From: Microbotryum violaceum
Lineage: Eukaryota
Length of the DNA stretch: 64,000 nt
Assembly (NCBI GenBank): GCA_001244265.2
Contig: CDLV01000006.1
Location: forward strand, 2,728,001-2,792,000
Reading direction: 5' to 3'
The notes under the pieces were generated by a model. It searched no databases, had not been told where the DNA came from, and was given only the letters and a program-made list of their open reading frames with translations. Made by a program: the position numbers and the translations under genes. Positions 1 through 11,381 of this stretch are shown here, one piece after another. Each line of letters begins with the position of its first letter. Within the stretch, counting starts at the first letter, position 1.

Positions 1-566
1 GGAAAAAGAAGTTCCGAGATGCAAGGGGCTATGACCGAAGCCTCAATACTCTAAGGAAAGGTCCGTACCTACTTGCCGAGCACAACAGGAGCCTATTGGT
101 AGCTTTGGAAGGTCACATGTCCTCCGTCGGCCCATGATGGTCATTCCTACGTATACCTCAGACCCGTCAACTAATAAAGAATCGGACAACGCGCATTATC
201 GAGTCAAACAAGGAGTCGAATATCGAGTCAAAAAAAAAACAAGTTCTGCTGCTTCAATTTGTGACATCCCGTGACTCGTCGTCCCCTCCACTGGCGGTAG
301 ATAGGGGTGCCGGCTGAACGACCCGCTTTGCGACTCCGCTCGGCTATTCAGCAATGATGTGGTTCAGTGGTTTTCATGGCAACTCAAAGCTTGCGACGAA
401 GGTCCTCGGGCATAGTTCCATGGCTGGTCGTCTTTATGCTACATTGCTCGATCGAATCTGTCCAGCCTTCATCGGATCTGTCGGGACCCGTTGAGCTCCC
501 TTACATACGAATACGACAAACGCACTTGATACGACAAAGCCGCGCCCACAATCCCTAGACTATCCG

Positions 567-1552
567 TTATGCAAATTTGACACCGTCGCCATCCTCGCCT
601 ACGCCTCGGAATACTTGACACTTGCCCTGCCGAGCGAGGATCTCGAGCGCTTTGCGTAGGATCGTCTCGTGGAGTTGATAAAATTCTGAAGTGAATGAGC
701 GACGGTTTGGTTGGGTTAGGTGTCAGGTGCGACCGGGACTACGGGTTAAGGGTATCGGAACCTGACCTACCGGCGGTTTCGACCTCGTTCGCCTCGGTCA
801 ACTCCCAGAATGTCATGATCGAATTGGTCAAGCCTTTGTCCTTGACCTGTAAACAAAAATGGAATGAGTCATACTTTCCATTCGTTCTCGATCTAGATCC
901 CTGCGACGCCATGCCTTACCCAAGTATAGATCGCCAGAGCCCATTCGTCCGAAGTCTTCCAGTACACCAAAGCCCCCGTTGGAAGTTGCCCTTTCAGAGG
1001 TTTGGTATCGTATTCCGCTGTTCCCGAGGAGGTCATGAAGTTAAAGATAGCCCGTAGCATGGAAATATTGACGCGGCCTGTTACGAGAGAAGGCAGAGGA
1101 TCCGTAGGTGGGGGTCGACGGTGCGGTAAGCGGCACCTCCCTCCACCAACGCTCGCAGGGCACGTACGCTTTATGGCTGTGTTGTTGAACAGTTCGTGCG
1201 TACATGTCGCTTCCGAGATGTCGAATCGGAATATGCGGTGATGGCGTGCGTAGGCGAGGATCAAGGTCGTCCATTGCGACCGTTGGTGCGACCATGTCGA
1301 TTCAGTAGGTTGTTGACTGCAGAAAGCGTTTGATTGAATATCAACAGAGTTTGATCGATGTGCAGGACATCTAGTTACTCACGTGAAGAAGGGAGGGAAC
1401 GAGTAAAGCGAGGGAAACACGAAGCCGGTCGAGGTCGTCATTGGCTGCAGCGACAGCTTGAGCGACTCTCCTTTCGATCCTCTAACTCCATTCGATGATT
1501 TGGTGGCCAGTGATGAGCCCCCCGTCGATGATGCGGTTGGCTGTGTCTGCAT
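567..1552 (-). CDS. VPS25: ESCRT-II subunit Vps25 (multi-exon)
   Basis: Manual splicing across GT-AG introns gives ...FVFPSLYSFPPFFT / QQPTESTWSHQRSQWTTLILAYARHHRIF...LFNNTAIKR...LVYWKTSDEWALAIYTW / VKDKGLTNSIMTFWELTE / EFYQLHETILRKALEILARQGKCQVF...DGDGVKFA*. This matches the Vps25 hallmarks (FPPFFT, W..P.EW...IY.WV, terminal GVKF). ATG at 1552, TAA at 567-569. Confidence 0.92.
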
Positions 1553-1659
1553 GGTGCGGTCGCTAGCTAGTATGAGGTCAAAGATGAGACGAGCTGGAAC
1601 GGAGCAGACCGACGCAGGAACGCTCGCATCGGCCGACTCTTTGCGATCGTCGCTTATTT

Positions 1660-4430
1660 TCGCAAAATGAAGGCGGAGGTGTGCGCCAGAAACATGTCCA
1701 GATGTTTCACAGAACTTTACAAAGAGTTATCGAAAGCTTGCAGCTGAAGGGCTGATGAAGAGGGTTGACCTATCCACGTCTTTCAGAAGCCGAAGCACAT
1801 CGCATAGTAATAGATCGGCGGCGATCTACTTCACACCATTCCACACTTGAGTCGGTCGTCTTCAACACGTGCATCTGAATCTTCTTACCCGCCGCATCGG
1901 CCGCTCTCTGATCCTGAGACTCATTTTTCGATTTCGTCAGCTGTCCATCCTGTAGTGACCGAAGTTGATGGTCCTCGGAATAGATCGAAAAGGGGGCACT
2001 GCTAGTGTCTTCCAACTCGACTGGTGAGTTCATTGAAGGACGTTTGGGGGCCGTCATTGTTTCCAGAAAGTTGGTTGGGAAGCTGAGAGAAGTTAACTCA
2101 GACCTCAAAGAGTGGAGTCGGGCTAGACCAATTGCGGTGGGGCGAGTGAGCCTCTGTCCTGGGGGTACGGTGCGATTTGATCCGGTGGCCATGGGGGTGG
2201 ATATTTTCATTGTCGCGCGAGAACGCGCTTCTTCTAGGATGTCGTGGCGGGCGTTGACTGCTCACAGACGAGATGAATATCAGTACCTGAATATTAGTAC
2301 CCGTAATTTTGAATGTGGATAGGCGAACACTGACAGGTATGGAGAATGCAGAGCACATACACGCTTGCAATGATGATGGTAAAGAACGTCCAAGCCTGCG
2401 GCCATTACCTAAACGTGTAATAGCCTCTTTTGCACAAGCTGAGTGTCTACGACCACGCACCTGCCCAGTCGATGTCGTGATCTCGAGAATTGCCATGATC
2501 GCCGAGATAAGTGCCGGTGGAAGACACGTCGCGATAGACTGAGTCGCCAAACGGAGCAGCATGTAGTCGAGCCTGGCACGAGGAAATCAGTGGATGTCAG
2601 CCTCTCGTCAGACGGCAGGCTAAGTTGTCTCGAGTGACTCACTGATCCCCGACCGCCTCTTTTCTCGTTCGAAGTAAGAATACTGAGCAAGTCAGGGATA
2701 GGTAAATGTTCGTGATCTGCGCAAGCAGCACGACTCAGTTGTGGAAGCGGACCCATGGTAGCGGTTGCGGCGGGCACTTACGCAATTACAGAACGCCCAA
2801 GGTGGAACCCAAGGTTGTGCACGATCTTGGCTCCCTCCCGGCATTGGATACTTGACTATGCAAAACATGTGGGAAAGAGTTGAGGTAAGAGCTCAGAACT
2901 CGGATTCTGGTGCATTTACGCAGTCTGGCGATCGAGGAATGAACTGACCCCTTAGGGCGGCGTAGATGATGAAGAGGATCGTCGACCACAAGGTCCCGGC
3001 TATGGCGATGGCATTAGGGACGAGCCTTTTCTTCGATATCTGACCATTAAGAAGGAGTTCAGTCCAAGAAAATTAAGGTCTCCCTCCAGAAGCGATGGAG
3101 GCCGGGGGAGAGGTTCGGTTTGGGCCAACTCACCGACCAAAGTTGATGGCAAAGATACGACTGGGACAATGTCACCGGTATCTGGCTGATGATGATCGAA
3201 GTGAGGGTGGGCCATGGAAGAGCTCGCTTATTGTGTCGGTAGGAAGAAAGAGAGCCTGAAAGCAAATTAGCGGGAAGAAAAGTCAGTTCCGTGTCTTGAA
3301 CGGTGAATCTTCAGGGTGTCTCACCGTTTCCCACATGATCTTAATGTTCAAGCTCGACTTGCACCACAGAATCAAGACGGAAAAGGAGACACAAACTCTG
3401 TACCATCCCCCAAAGCAAGGAAACAAGAATCATAGCCCCCGATCGTCAGTCAACTCCGAGCAGCGGAAAACGACCTCGAAAAAAACACCGTCTTGCGCGT
3501 GCTAACTTTACTAACTTTACTATGGTGGGGTCCCTCGAGCCGCGAGAGAAGTAGGTAACTGCTTTCGCGGTGATCATTCCCAAGAGAAACAATTCCGTAA
3601 AATAGGCGACGATGGATGGACCTTGTTTTGAGGGGGGTTAACCACCACAGAGTCAGGACGTCACGTGAATGGTCAGTGCGATGCCTGAGTGGGGTCGCAC
3701 GCTTGAGGAGTTGAGACTGTCGGCACGTCGACATCAGGCAGATCGAACAAGGCGATAGCCTGGAGACCGTCTCGTTTGTCGTTGATGCCAAAACTAACGC
3801 CGTTGAAATGAGTCGTCTTGTACTCACCCATACCCGGTATGGAAACCCTCGCAGCGTCGAGCCCGGCTTGCGAAGGCTGAAGCCAGGTCGCCGACGACAT
3901 CGTCGCGATCGCGCCCCGTTTCGGCGGCTGGGATGCCGAATTCGGCTCCTTGAAGTCTGTTTGGTAAAAATGCCCCGTTCTGCCGCACCAACGAAGTGAC
4001 TGATTTGCGAGCAATCAAAGAGTGTCGCAAGATAGTGAGCCGTTTGAATTTGTTGTTGGATCACACGGTTCAACAGGTTTCGCCACCACAGTGCTTGAAA
4101 GGACCGCCACAGTTATCGCTAGAGCAGGAAGCAAACTTGCGGAGCTCAGTGCCTGCATCGCCAATCTCGGCCATTGGATGCCCTCCCTCCTCCATTGGAT
4201 CGAAAGCCGAACTCATATAAATGCCCGAGCGGGACGACAATAGCCGAGATGTGGGTGGGGGCACCCCGCGTGCTGATCGTGCGGCTTAAAGAATAGCCTC
4301 AGGGGGCCCGCGATGACGCTTTTAGAGCGCCGTGTGACTTCTGCCGCTTGTCAGGTACGCCATTGGGGCTTACGGTTTCACCGCTCGGTCTCGGTACCTC
4401 GGTAAATTCTCCCATGATTCAGGAGTGGAT
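1660..4430. repeat. Segmental repeat unit, copy A (left-truncated)
   Basis: Collinear direct similarity to ~5115-7832 and ~16240-18880, e.g. shared gtaatagatcggcggcgatctact and gggtccctcgagccgcg. Confidence 0.9.
1770..3900 (-). CDS. Multi-pass membrane protein, DUF6534-like family, copy A (possibly intact)
   Basis: ATG MSSATWLQPSQ... followed by a GTGAGT donor. Later exons read AYFTELFLLGMITAKAVTYFSRGSRDPTIVK, TCLPPALISAIMAILEI and ASVYVLCILHT/LNARHDI, then a polar tail (ORF 1770-2210). The 'G....Yf....D...K' N-terminus and terminal 'Y...L..LN.R' resemble basidiomycete DUF6534 proteins. Middle exons not fully resolved. Confidence 0.55.
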
Positions 4431-4713
4431 AATACTCTATCGGTCTTCGGAATGGTCGAAGAGCGGAAGGTGTTCGGAAGTGCTTTCTACGTCAATAATC
4501 CGCCGTTTTCGGATGCTTCATCGAGTCAACGGGCCGACGTAATGCCATTGCTTTCATAATAGTGTTCTGGACCACTGAATGCCGAGCCGATATCATATCC
4601 GGCGTCGATGTCGGCCTGAGAGGTCATTTTGGACTTTGTTTGCGATTGGGCGTTTCAAATTCTAGTCGACCGGGGTTCTAACGAAGGGTGATCATTTAGG
4701 AGAGCGACAGAGC

Positions 4714-7700
4714 AAGAGACACTTCTGATACCGAACTCTCAACAGAAAGCAAACTTTTGATAAGGCCTAATATCACTATCCAGTATGCGGCCGACATAAC
4801 TTCTGGCCTACTTCAGCGTTGAAGGCGTTGGAGCGTGCGAGCCGGTACCGGTGGCCTCACCTAGCTCACCCTCCTTCCCTTCTCCCAGCTGAGCCGCTTG
4901 AATGAGTTGCCTTAGGAATGAATTCGCGTGGTTCGGTGTCCATCTTTGGGGGCGGAAGCTCTGCCAAAGCTCTTCGATGAAGACGAGAGATTCGAGTTTC
5001 TTTGGTTACTTCCGAGCGATTATCCGAGCACGTCCGAGGAGACGCCGTTGTCCGTTGAGGAGGACGAGTCGAGATGGTGTAAGCGAGTTGGCCGACTTGC
5101 GATCGTTGCTTATTACGGCAAAGTGAAGGCCGCGGTGTGCTCCAGAAACATGTCCACATATTTCACACAATTTTACAAAAAGTTATCGATAGCTTGCAGC
5201 TGTAGACTGATGAAGAGCGTCGACCCTTATCCGCGCCTTTTAGTAGTCGAAGCAAATGGAATAGTAATAGATCGGCGGCGATCTACTCCACATCAATCCA
5301 CCCTTCGGTCCCCTTCAACACCTGCATCTGAAACTGTTTACCCGCCGCATTGACCGCTCTCTGACCCTGAGAGCCATCCTTCAATTTCGGTAGTTGCGCA
5401 TCCTGCAGCCACAGAAGGTGATGGACCTCGGACTCGATCGGAAAGGAGTTTCCTGCCAACTGAACCGCCGTTTCCGTGGGGTGACTCGGAGGTTTTGGGG
5501 CCGTCATTGCGTCCTAGAGGTTGGTTGGGAAGTTGAGAGGATGGTTTGGACTTGGGGGAATAGGTCTGGGTTAGTTCAACTGCTTTTGAGTTAGTGAGCG
5601 TTTGTACTGGTGCTTCAATGCGACTTGGTCCGGGGGTCAGGGGCGAAGGGTTCTTCATTGTCGAGCGAGAGCGTGCTTCCTCCCGGATCTCTTGGCGGGA
5701 GTTGACTGCTCATTGAGTGGACATGTATCAGTAGCCTTAGTTCTGAATGCGGAGAGAGGCGAACACTGACGTGAATGAAGAATGCAGAGAACATACACGC
5801 TTGCAATGATGATCGTGAAGAACGCCCAAGCCTGCCACGATTACCCAACAGAGAATTAGCCGCTGTTGCACAAGCCGAGTGTCTATCTATAAGTACGCAC
5901 TTCCCCAGTCGATTTCACGATCTCGAGAATTGCCATGATCGCCGACATGAGTGCTGGTGGAAGACACGTCGTGATAGACAGAGAGGCCAAACGAAGCAGC
6001 ATGTAGTCGAGCCTGGCACGAAGACTCGATCGGCATCAGCCTTTCGTCAGTGGACAGATTAGTTTGTCTCTAAAAACTCACTGATACCCGACCGCTTTCT
6101 TTCTCGTTTGAAGTAAGTAATATGTGGAAGCCAGGGATAGGTAGATGTCGGTGAACTGCGTAAGCAGCACGACTTGTTGTCAGTGATCGCGAGCTCGGCG
6201 ACTCGGGTACAAAGACCCATAGCAGCGGTGGCGGGCACTCACGCAAGTGCAGAACGCCCAAGGTGGAATCCAAGCATGCGCACGATCTTTGATGTCTCTC
6301 CGTACTGGATACTTGACTGGCCACCAAGTATGAGACAGCGTGGGGCGGTGAGAGCTGAGACCCTGGTGTATTTGCGCAGTCTGGCGCTCGAGGAACGAAC
6401 TAACCCCGGAGGATGACGTAGATGATGAAGAGTATCGTCGAACACAATGTCCCAGCCATGGCAATGGCGTTAGAGAGCAAATGATTCTTGGATATCTGAA
6501 CATTACGAAGGAGTTCAGTCCACGAGGGCACGCTCCAAAAGCGATGGAGGGACTAAATTCAGTTTGGGCGAACCCACCGACCAAAGTCGATAGCAGAGAT
6601 ACACCTGGGACAATGCCACCGGTATCTGGCTGATGCTGAGCGAAGTGAGGAGGGACCATGGAAGAGCTGGGTTAAGGTGTCTGTAAGGGAGGAAGAAGGC
6701 CTAGCAGAAGGGCACGAAGAAGCGCAAACAAAAGTCAGCTCCGTGTCTTAAATTGTGAAGCTTGCGGGTGTGCCTCACCGAGTTCCATATTGTCTTAATG
6801 TCCAAGCCCGACTTGCACCACAGAATCAGGACAGAAAATGCAACACAAACTCTGTACAATCTCCAAAAGCAAGGAGTCGACGAGTCAGCCACGAGAAGCG
6901 GAAAACGGCCTCGGAAAAACCACCGTGGTGCGCGCGCTGACTTTACTATTGTGGGGTCCCTCGAGCCGCGCGAGAAGTATGTTACTGCTTTCGCGGTGAT
7001 CATTCCCAAAATAAACACCTGGGTAAAATAGGCGATGACCAATGTATCTTTTTTTTGACAGAGGTAAATACCACACAGTCAGGACGTCATGTGAATGTCA
7101 GTGCGATACTGAGCCGGGCCTCCCTCGCTTGAGAAGTTGAGACTGTCGACAAGTCGAGATCATGCATATCGCACAAGGCGACAGCTTGGGGGACCGTCCC
7201 GTTCGCCGAATACTAACGCCGTTGAAATGAGTCTCGTTGTACTCACCCAGAAACGGTTTGAAAGCCCTCGTGGCGTCGAGCGTGGCTTGCGGAGGCTGAA
7301 GCCAGGTTGCCGACGACATCGTCGCGATCGCGCCCGGTTTCGGCGGCTATGGGATGCCGAGCTCGGCTCCTTGAAGTCTGTTTGGTAAAATTGCTCCGTT
7401 CTGCCGCCCCGACGAAGTGACTGATTTGCAAGCAGTCAAAGAGTGTCCCAAAATAGTGAGCCGTTTGGAATTATTGTAGGATCACACGGTTCAACAGGGC
7501 TCGCCACCACAGTGCTTGAAAGGACCGCCACAGTTATCGCTAGAGCAGGAAGTAAACCTGCATCGCCAATCTCAGCCATTGCCTGCCCTCCCTCCTCGAT
7601 TGGATCGAAAGCCGAACTCATATAAATGCCGGAGCGGGACGACAATAGCCGAGATGGGGGTGGGGGCACCCCGCGTGCTGATCGTGCGGCTTAAAGAATA

Positions 7701-7832
7701 GCCTCAGGGGGCCTGCGATGACACTTTTAGAGCGCCGTGTGACTTCTGCCGCTTGTCAGGGACGCCATTGGGGCTTACGGTTTCACCGCTCGGTCTCGGT
7801 ACCTCGGTGAATTCTCCCATCATTCAGGAGTG
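4714..7832. repeat. Segmental repeat unit, copy B (~3.1 kb)
   Basis: Begins caagagacacttctgataccgaactctcaacag, as does copy C; collinear with copies A and C. Confidence 0.9.
5227..7319 (-). pseudogene. DUF6534-like membrane protein, copy B (frameshift and premature stop in C-terminal exon)
   Basis: Paralogous to copy A: MSSATWLQPPQ..., IAYFTQVFILGMITAKAVTYFSRGSRDPTIVK, LNSRQEI. The tail that is one ORF in copy A is split over two frames here (ORFs 5338-5658 and 5283-5507). Confidence 0.55.
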
Positions 7833-8169
7833 AATTAACGCATCGCGGGGCGGCGACCAGTCCCTGAACCTCCACTGCAGTGCCCTGTATAAAGTTACAG
7901 TCACACTCACACAACCATGGCCCGAGTATAGGCAGTACCTCCTACTTAGCCGAAAGTGAATAACCACCACAAGACAAGGCTAGAGACTCTAACGACAAAT
8001 CCACATTTCGTTCAAGAGCCAACCGCGCGTCCGGAGACTTCACGATCCTTGTCGGCGGCCTCTGCTCCGAAGTCATTGACGCCGTCGCCTGCGCGTGAGG
8101 CGGACTCATGTTCGGCTGACGAGCCCTGCATGTACGCAGTCGAACCTCTACAGGAGTACGAGCTAGTAT

Positions 8170-9000
8170 CTCAACTGCGTGTTCCTGGCTGGGATCAGAT
8201 TCCAGCTTTATGGCCTGCTCCCATCGCTGAGGCGGATCGGGCTTTACGGCCTGCTCTCATTCCCGAGCCTTGTGTGCCTTTACCGCCAGCGCTGCCTCAA
8301 CTTCCTCGTTTTCAACGCGGACCATGGTGAGTTTGCTCCTATTCCTTTACCAGCTGGCGGCCCGTTGGCCGAAGGGGTTGAAGACGAAAGAGGAGCCTAT
8401 CGATCATTGACGCGAGGAGGCTGTTGAGGCTGTTAGCAGTTACGAAGACGACGACCCTGCGGAGCGTGATCCGCCTCACTACCTCCTGACGATGGTCACG
8501 AGTACCGCCTTATCGTGTCGGTCGCACCCCGGGCCAGCTCGAGAACATTAACGAGGGCAACACTATACCGGTTCGCACGCGTGCTCAGCGTCGCGTCCCC
8601 GCCCTCAGTATCGTGTCCACGCGCAAGGTTCTTCGTCGTGAACCAGAGCTCATCGCTTCGGTTTCCACTCGTCATCCACCGCTTCCCAAGACCTTCAAGG
8701 ATGCGGTGGCTTCGCCCGAGGCCGAGTCCTGGTACGCTGCGTCGGCCAAGGAACTTAACTCCATGGGCTTGCACAAGGTGTTCAAGCTTTCGAGTCCACC
8801 TACTGGGGCTCGTACCCTGGGCTATCGTTGGGTGTTTACTCGAAAGGAAGACGCCGAGGGCAACATCATCAGCTACATGGCTCAGCTAGTCGTCCAAGGC
8901 TTTGCTCCACGACTGGGGATCAGCTACAGAAAGACGCTTGCTCTTGTCTCGTCGATCACGACGATCTTGTTCGTCGTCCGCCTTTGTGCCGCTCGCGGAC
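8170..9000 (+). mobile_element. Degenerate Ty1/copia fragment (post-integrase region and N-terminal reverse transcriptase)
   Basis: ORF 8613-9077: PKTFKDAVASPEAESWYAASAKELNSMGLHKVFKL...LGYRWVFTRKEDAEGNIISYMAQLVVQGF, the start of a copia RT (RVT_2). Sequence differs from the element at 10.2-15.5 kb. Confidence 0.85.
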
Positions 9001-10239
9001 TGGTCCTGACTTCTCGGCGTCGCTGCCTCTTTTCTATCGGAAGTCTATCTTCCGCGCTCGCATGTTTTCTGCGTTAGTTGTCAGTGACTGTAAAACGCAA
9101 GAAACCGAAACCGGCAGTAGTGAGCCGGTATAAAAGGTGTCGTTGCGATTTGCAGGCTTGAACTCACTACCATGAGCTTCGGTGCTCGACAAGTCAATAT
9201 TCAGCTCGGCGTCCATTGCCGAGCGCTTGACAGGGGAGGCGATGACCCGCTTGGACTGAGTTGGACGGTCGGCGGGGGCGTGGTCTGGCATGTCATCTGC
9301 CGCACATCAGCCAAGGAAAGTACATCAGGCACATGCAATATGCACAAAAATATGTATTCAAGAAGTATTCACGTCGTTCTGGTGGTGCACGCGAATCCTG
9401 AGGGGCACGAAGTTTGGGCGCCCGTGCCGCTGCATTTGCCGGAGGACCTGTCCCCTCAAGTGCGAGCCTCGACGGTGCAGACAAGCGCACACAGATCACC
9501 TTCACGGAGGATGGTGTGTGCAAATCGCCCGGGCTGCCCATGGAAAGTCACGGGGAGTGGCGTCGGAGATCCTTCGGCGCACTTGCGACCGGTAAAAAGC
9601 CCCTCTCGGACATCCGCGTAAAATCGACTGTAATCGGGCAGGTCAAGAAGGTTCTCCCAAGCGGTTCGCCCCCTGTGCAATTTCCCAATGACTGCAAACA
9701 CGCTTGTCAGCCCAATCATCAGATCCTGGAGCCTACAAAAGCAAAAATGCAAATTACTACTTACACCTTGGGGATGATTAACTGGTGGTGGATGAAGACC
9801 ACCTGCGGCTTCGCCGTTAGGTTTGGCATGTTGACTTCGATCGCTGGCCGGGCCGGGTGAGGATGAGAAAGAGGAAGGAGTCAGGTTTCTGCAACGGATT
9901 CAGATATCAGAGGTACCACGGCTTACATTGGCCGTTCCCCAAGTTCCACGTCGTTGCCGCATGTTCAGAAAACAAGCATCGCAACTCGGACTCTATGCCC
10001 TGAGTCGCAAGCGCCTCGGACGTCACGAGCTCGAGGCCGATCTCACGGATCAAATGCTGCGGCTGCTGTCTTTCCGGCGGCAAGTGCTCGCGACTGAACA
10101 TACAAACGTGGCTCAACCACTCCAACAATCGTTTCACCTTCCCTTGCCTCACAATCATCGGTCGACACTTGTCTAGTTCGGTCAAATCAGCTTTAGCGCC
10201 GCAAAACAATACGCACACGCTGTCGGCTAATTGCTCGAC
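9000..10239 (-). mobile_element. Probable highly decayed Helitron-type remnant (DUF6570-like segment)
   Basis: CVLFCGAKADLTELDKCRPMIVRQGKVKRLLEWL resembles the 'V.F.G...P..VR..KV...L.WL' motif upstream of Helitron_like_N in fungal Helitron proteins. Bases 9000-9075 recur inverted at 15530-15705. Confidence 0.45.
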
Positions 10240-10422
10240 TGAGTTGATGTGTTGTGAATGAGGATTAGCAGGAAGGCGGCTATCGGTTATTTGAGTAGAA
10301 GCGCGCGTTTGTTTAGTGAAGCCTGGCGATGCGCACCAACCGTTGTCTTCTCTCCACGGTTAGATTACACGCTCGTCAGGTACGTACATCTAGCATTACG
10401 GCTACTATCATATGTAATTACA
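10240..10422 (+). repeat. 5' LTR of the copia element (boundaries approximate)
   Basis: tgagttgatgtgttgtgaatgaggattagcaggaaggcggc...gattacacgctcg is repeated at 15382-15517; this copy continues to ...gtaattaca. Confidence 0.85.
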
Positions 10423-11381
10423 TGGGTCGAGCGCATCGCCGTCGACAAATGGCTCACACAAGGAGAGGGCGTCGAGCTTCGCTGAGCGCATGAAATCGTC
10501 CGAAGCGCGACCGAGATCCTTATCGAGCGCGGCCCACAGATCGTGCGTGGCGTTGGCTTTGACGCGGGCGAAGGTGGACTCCCCCAAGCATACGATTAGC
10601 GTGTTGCGCGCTTGCGCAAGGGCCTGGTCGAGAGCGTCAACATCCTGACGGTACAATCGAAGTTGGTTGCGATAGGTGGCCACATCGTCTACCCGGTTGT
10701 CGCCCTCCAAGCGTCCAAGCGAGTGAACTCGGACTGCAAAGGCTCGGGGCCGACGTCTAGAGCACCGGTGACGTGCTTGAGGCGGCCCTCGCCTTTCAGG
10801 ACGTTCTGCAGTCGTTCCCTGCCAACACCCTTATTTGGTAGCGTCTGTATTGCCGCAAGGCACAGATCCGCACGCAGAAAAGACGCGGCGCATATCCAAG
10901 GTGGCGAGTCCCACGGCTGACCACGTCAGTCTGATGGGCGACCTATACGGCAAAGTCGACGCCACCAATTGGGGTGTTGGCAGGGAACGACTGCAGAACG
11001 TCCTGAAAGGCGAGGGCCGCCTCAAGCACGTCACCGGTGCTCTAGACGTCGGCCCCGAGCCTTTGCAGTCCGAGTTCACTCGCTTGGACGCTTGGAGGGC
11101 GACAACCGGGTAGACGATGTGGCCACCTATCGCAACCAACTTCGATTGTACCGTCAGGATGTTGACGCTCTCGACCAGGCCCTTGCGCAAGCGCGCAACA
11201 CGCTAATCGTATGCTTGGGGGAGTCCACCTTCGCCCGCGTCAAAGCCAACGCCACGCACGATCTGTGGGCCGCGCTCGATAAGGATCTCGGTCGCGCTTC
11301 GGACGATTTCATGCGCTCAGCGAAGCTCGACGCCCTCTCCTTGTGTGAGCCATTTGTCGACGGCGATGCGCTCGACCCATG
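10421..11381. repeat. 410-bp inverted repeat (arms 10421-10830 and 10972-11381, 141-bp spacer)
   Basis: 10421-10830 reads as the reverse complement of gag 10972-11381 with no mismatch found by eye. Identical peptides appear on opposite strands in the ORF track (10408-10710 minus vs 10969 plus; 10612-10920 plus vs 10831-11190 minus). Confidence 0.97.
10836..10845 (+). promoter_or_regulatory. Putative primer-binding site (initiator tRNA-Met type)
   Basis: TGGTAGCGTC differs by one base from the Ty1 PBS TGGTAGCGCC and lies just upstream of the probable gag ATG at 10934. Confidence 0.6.
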
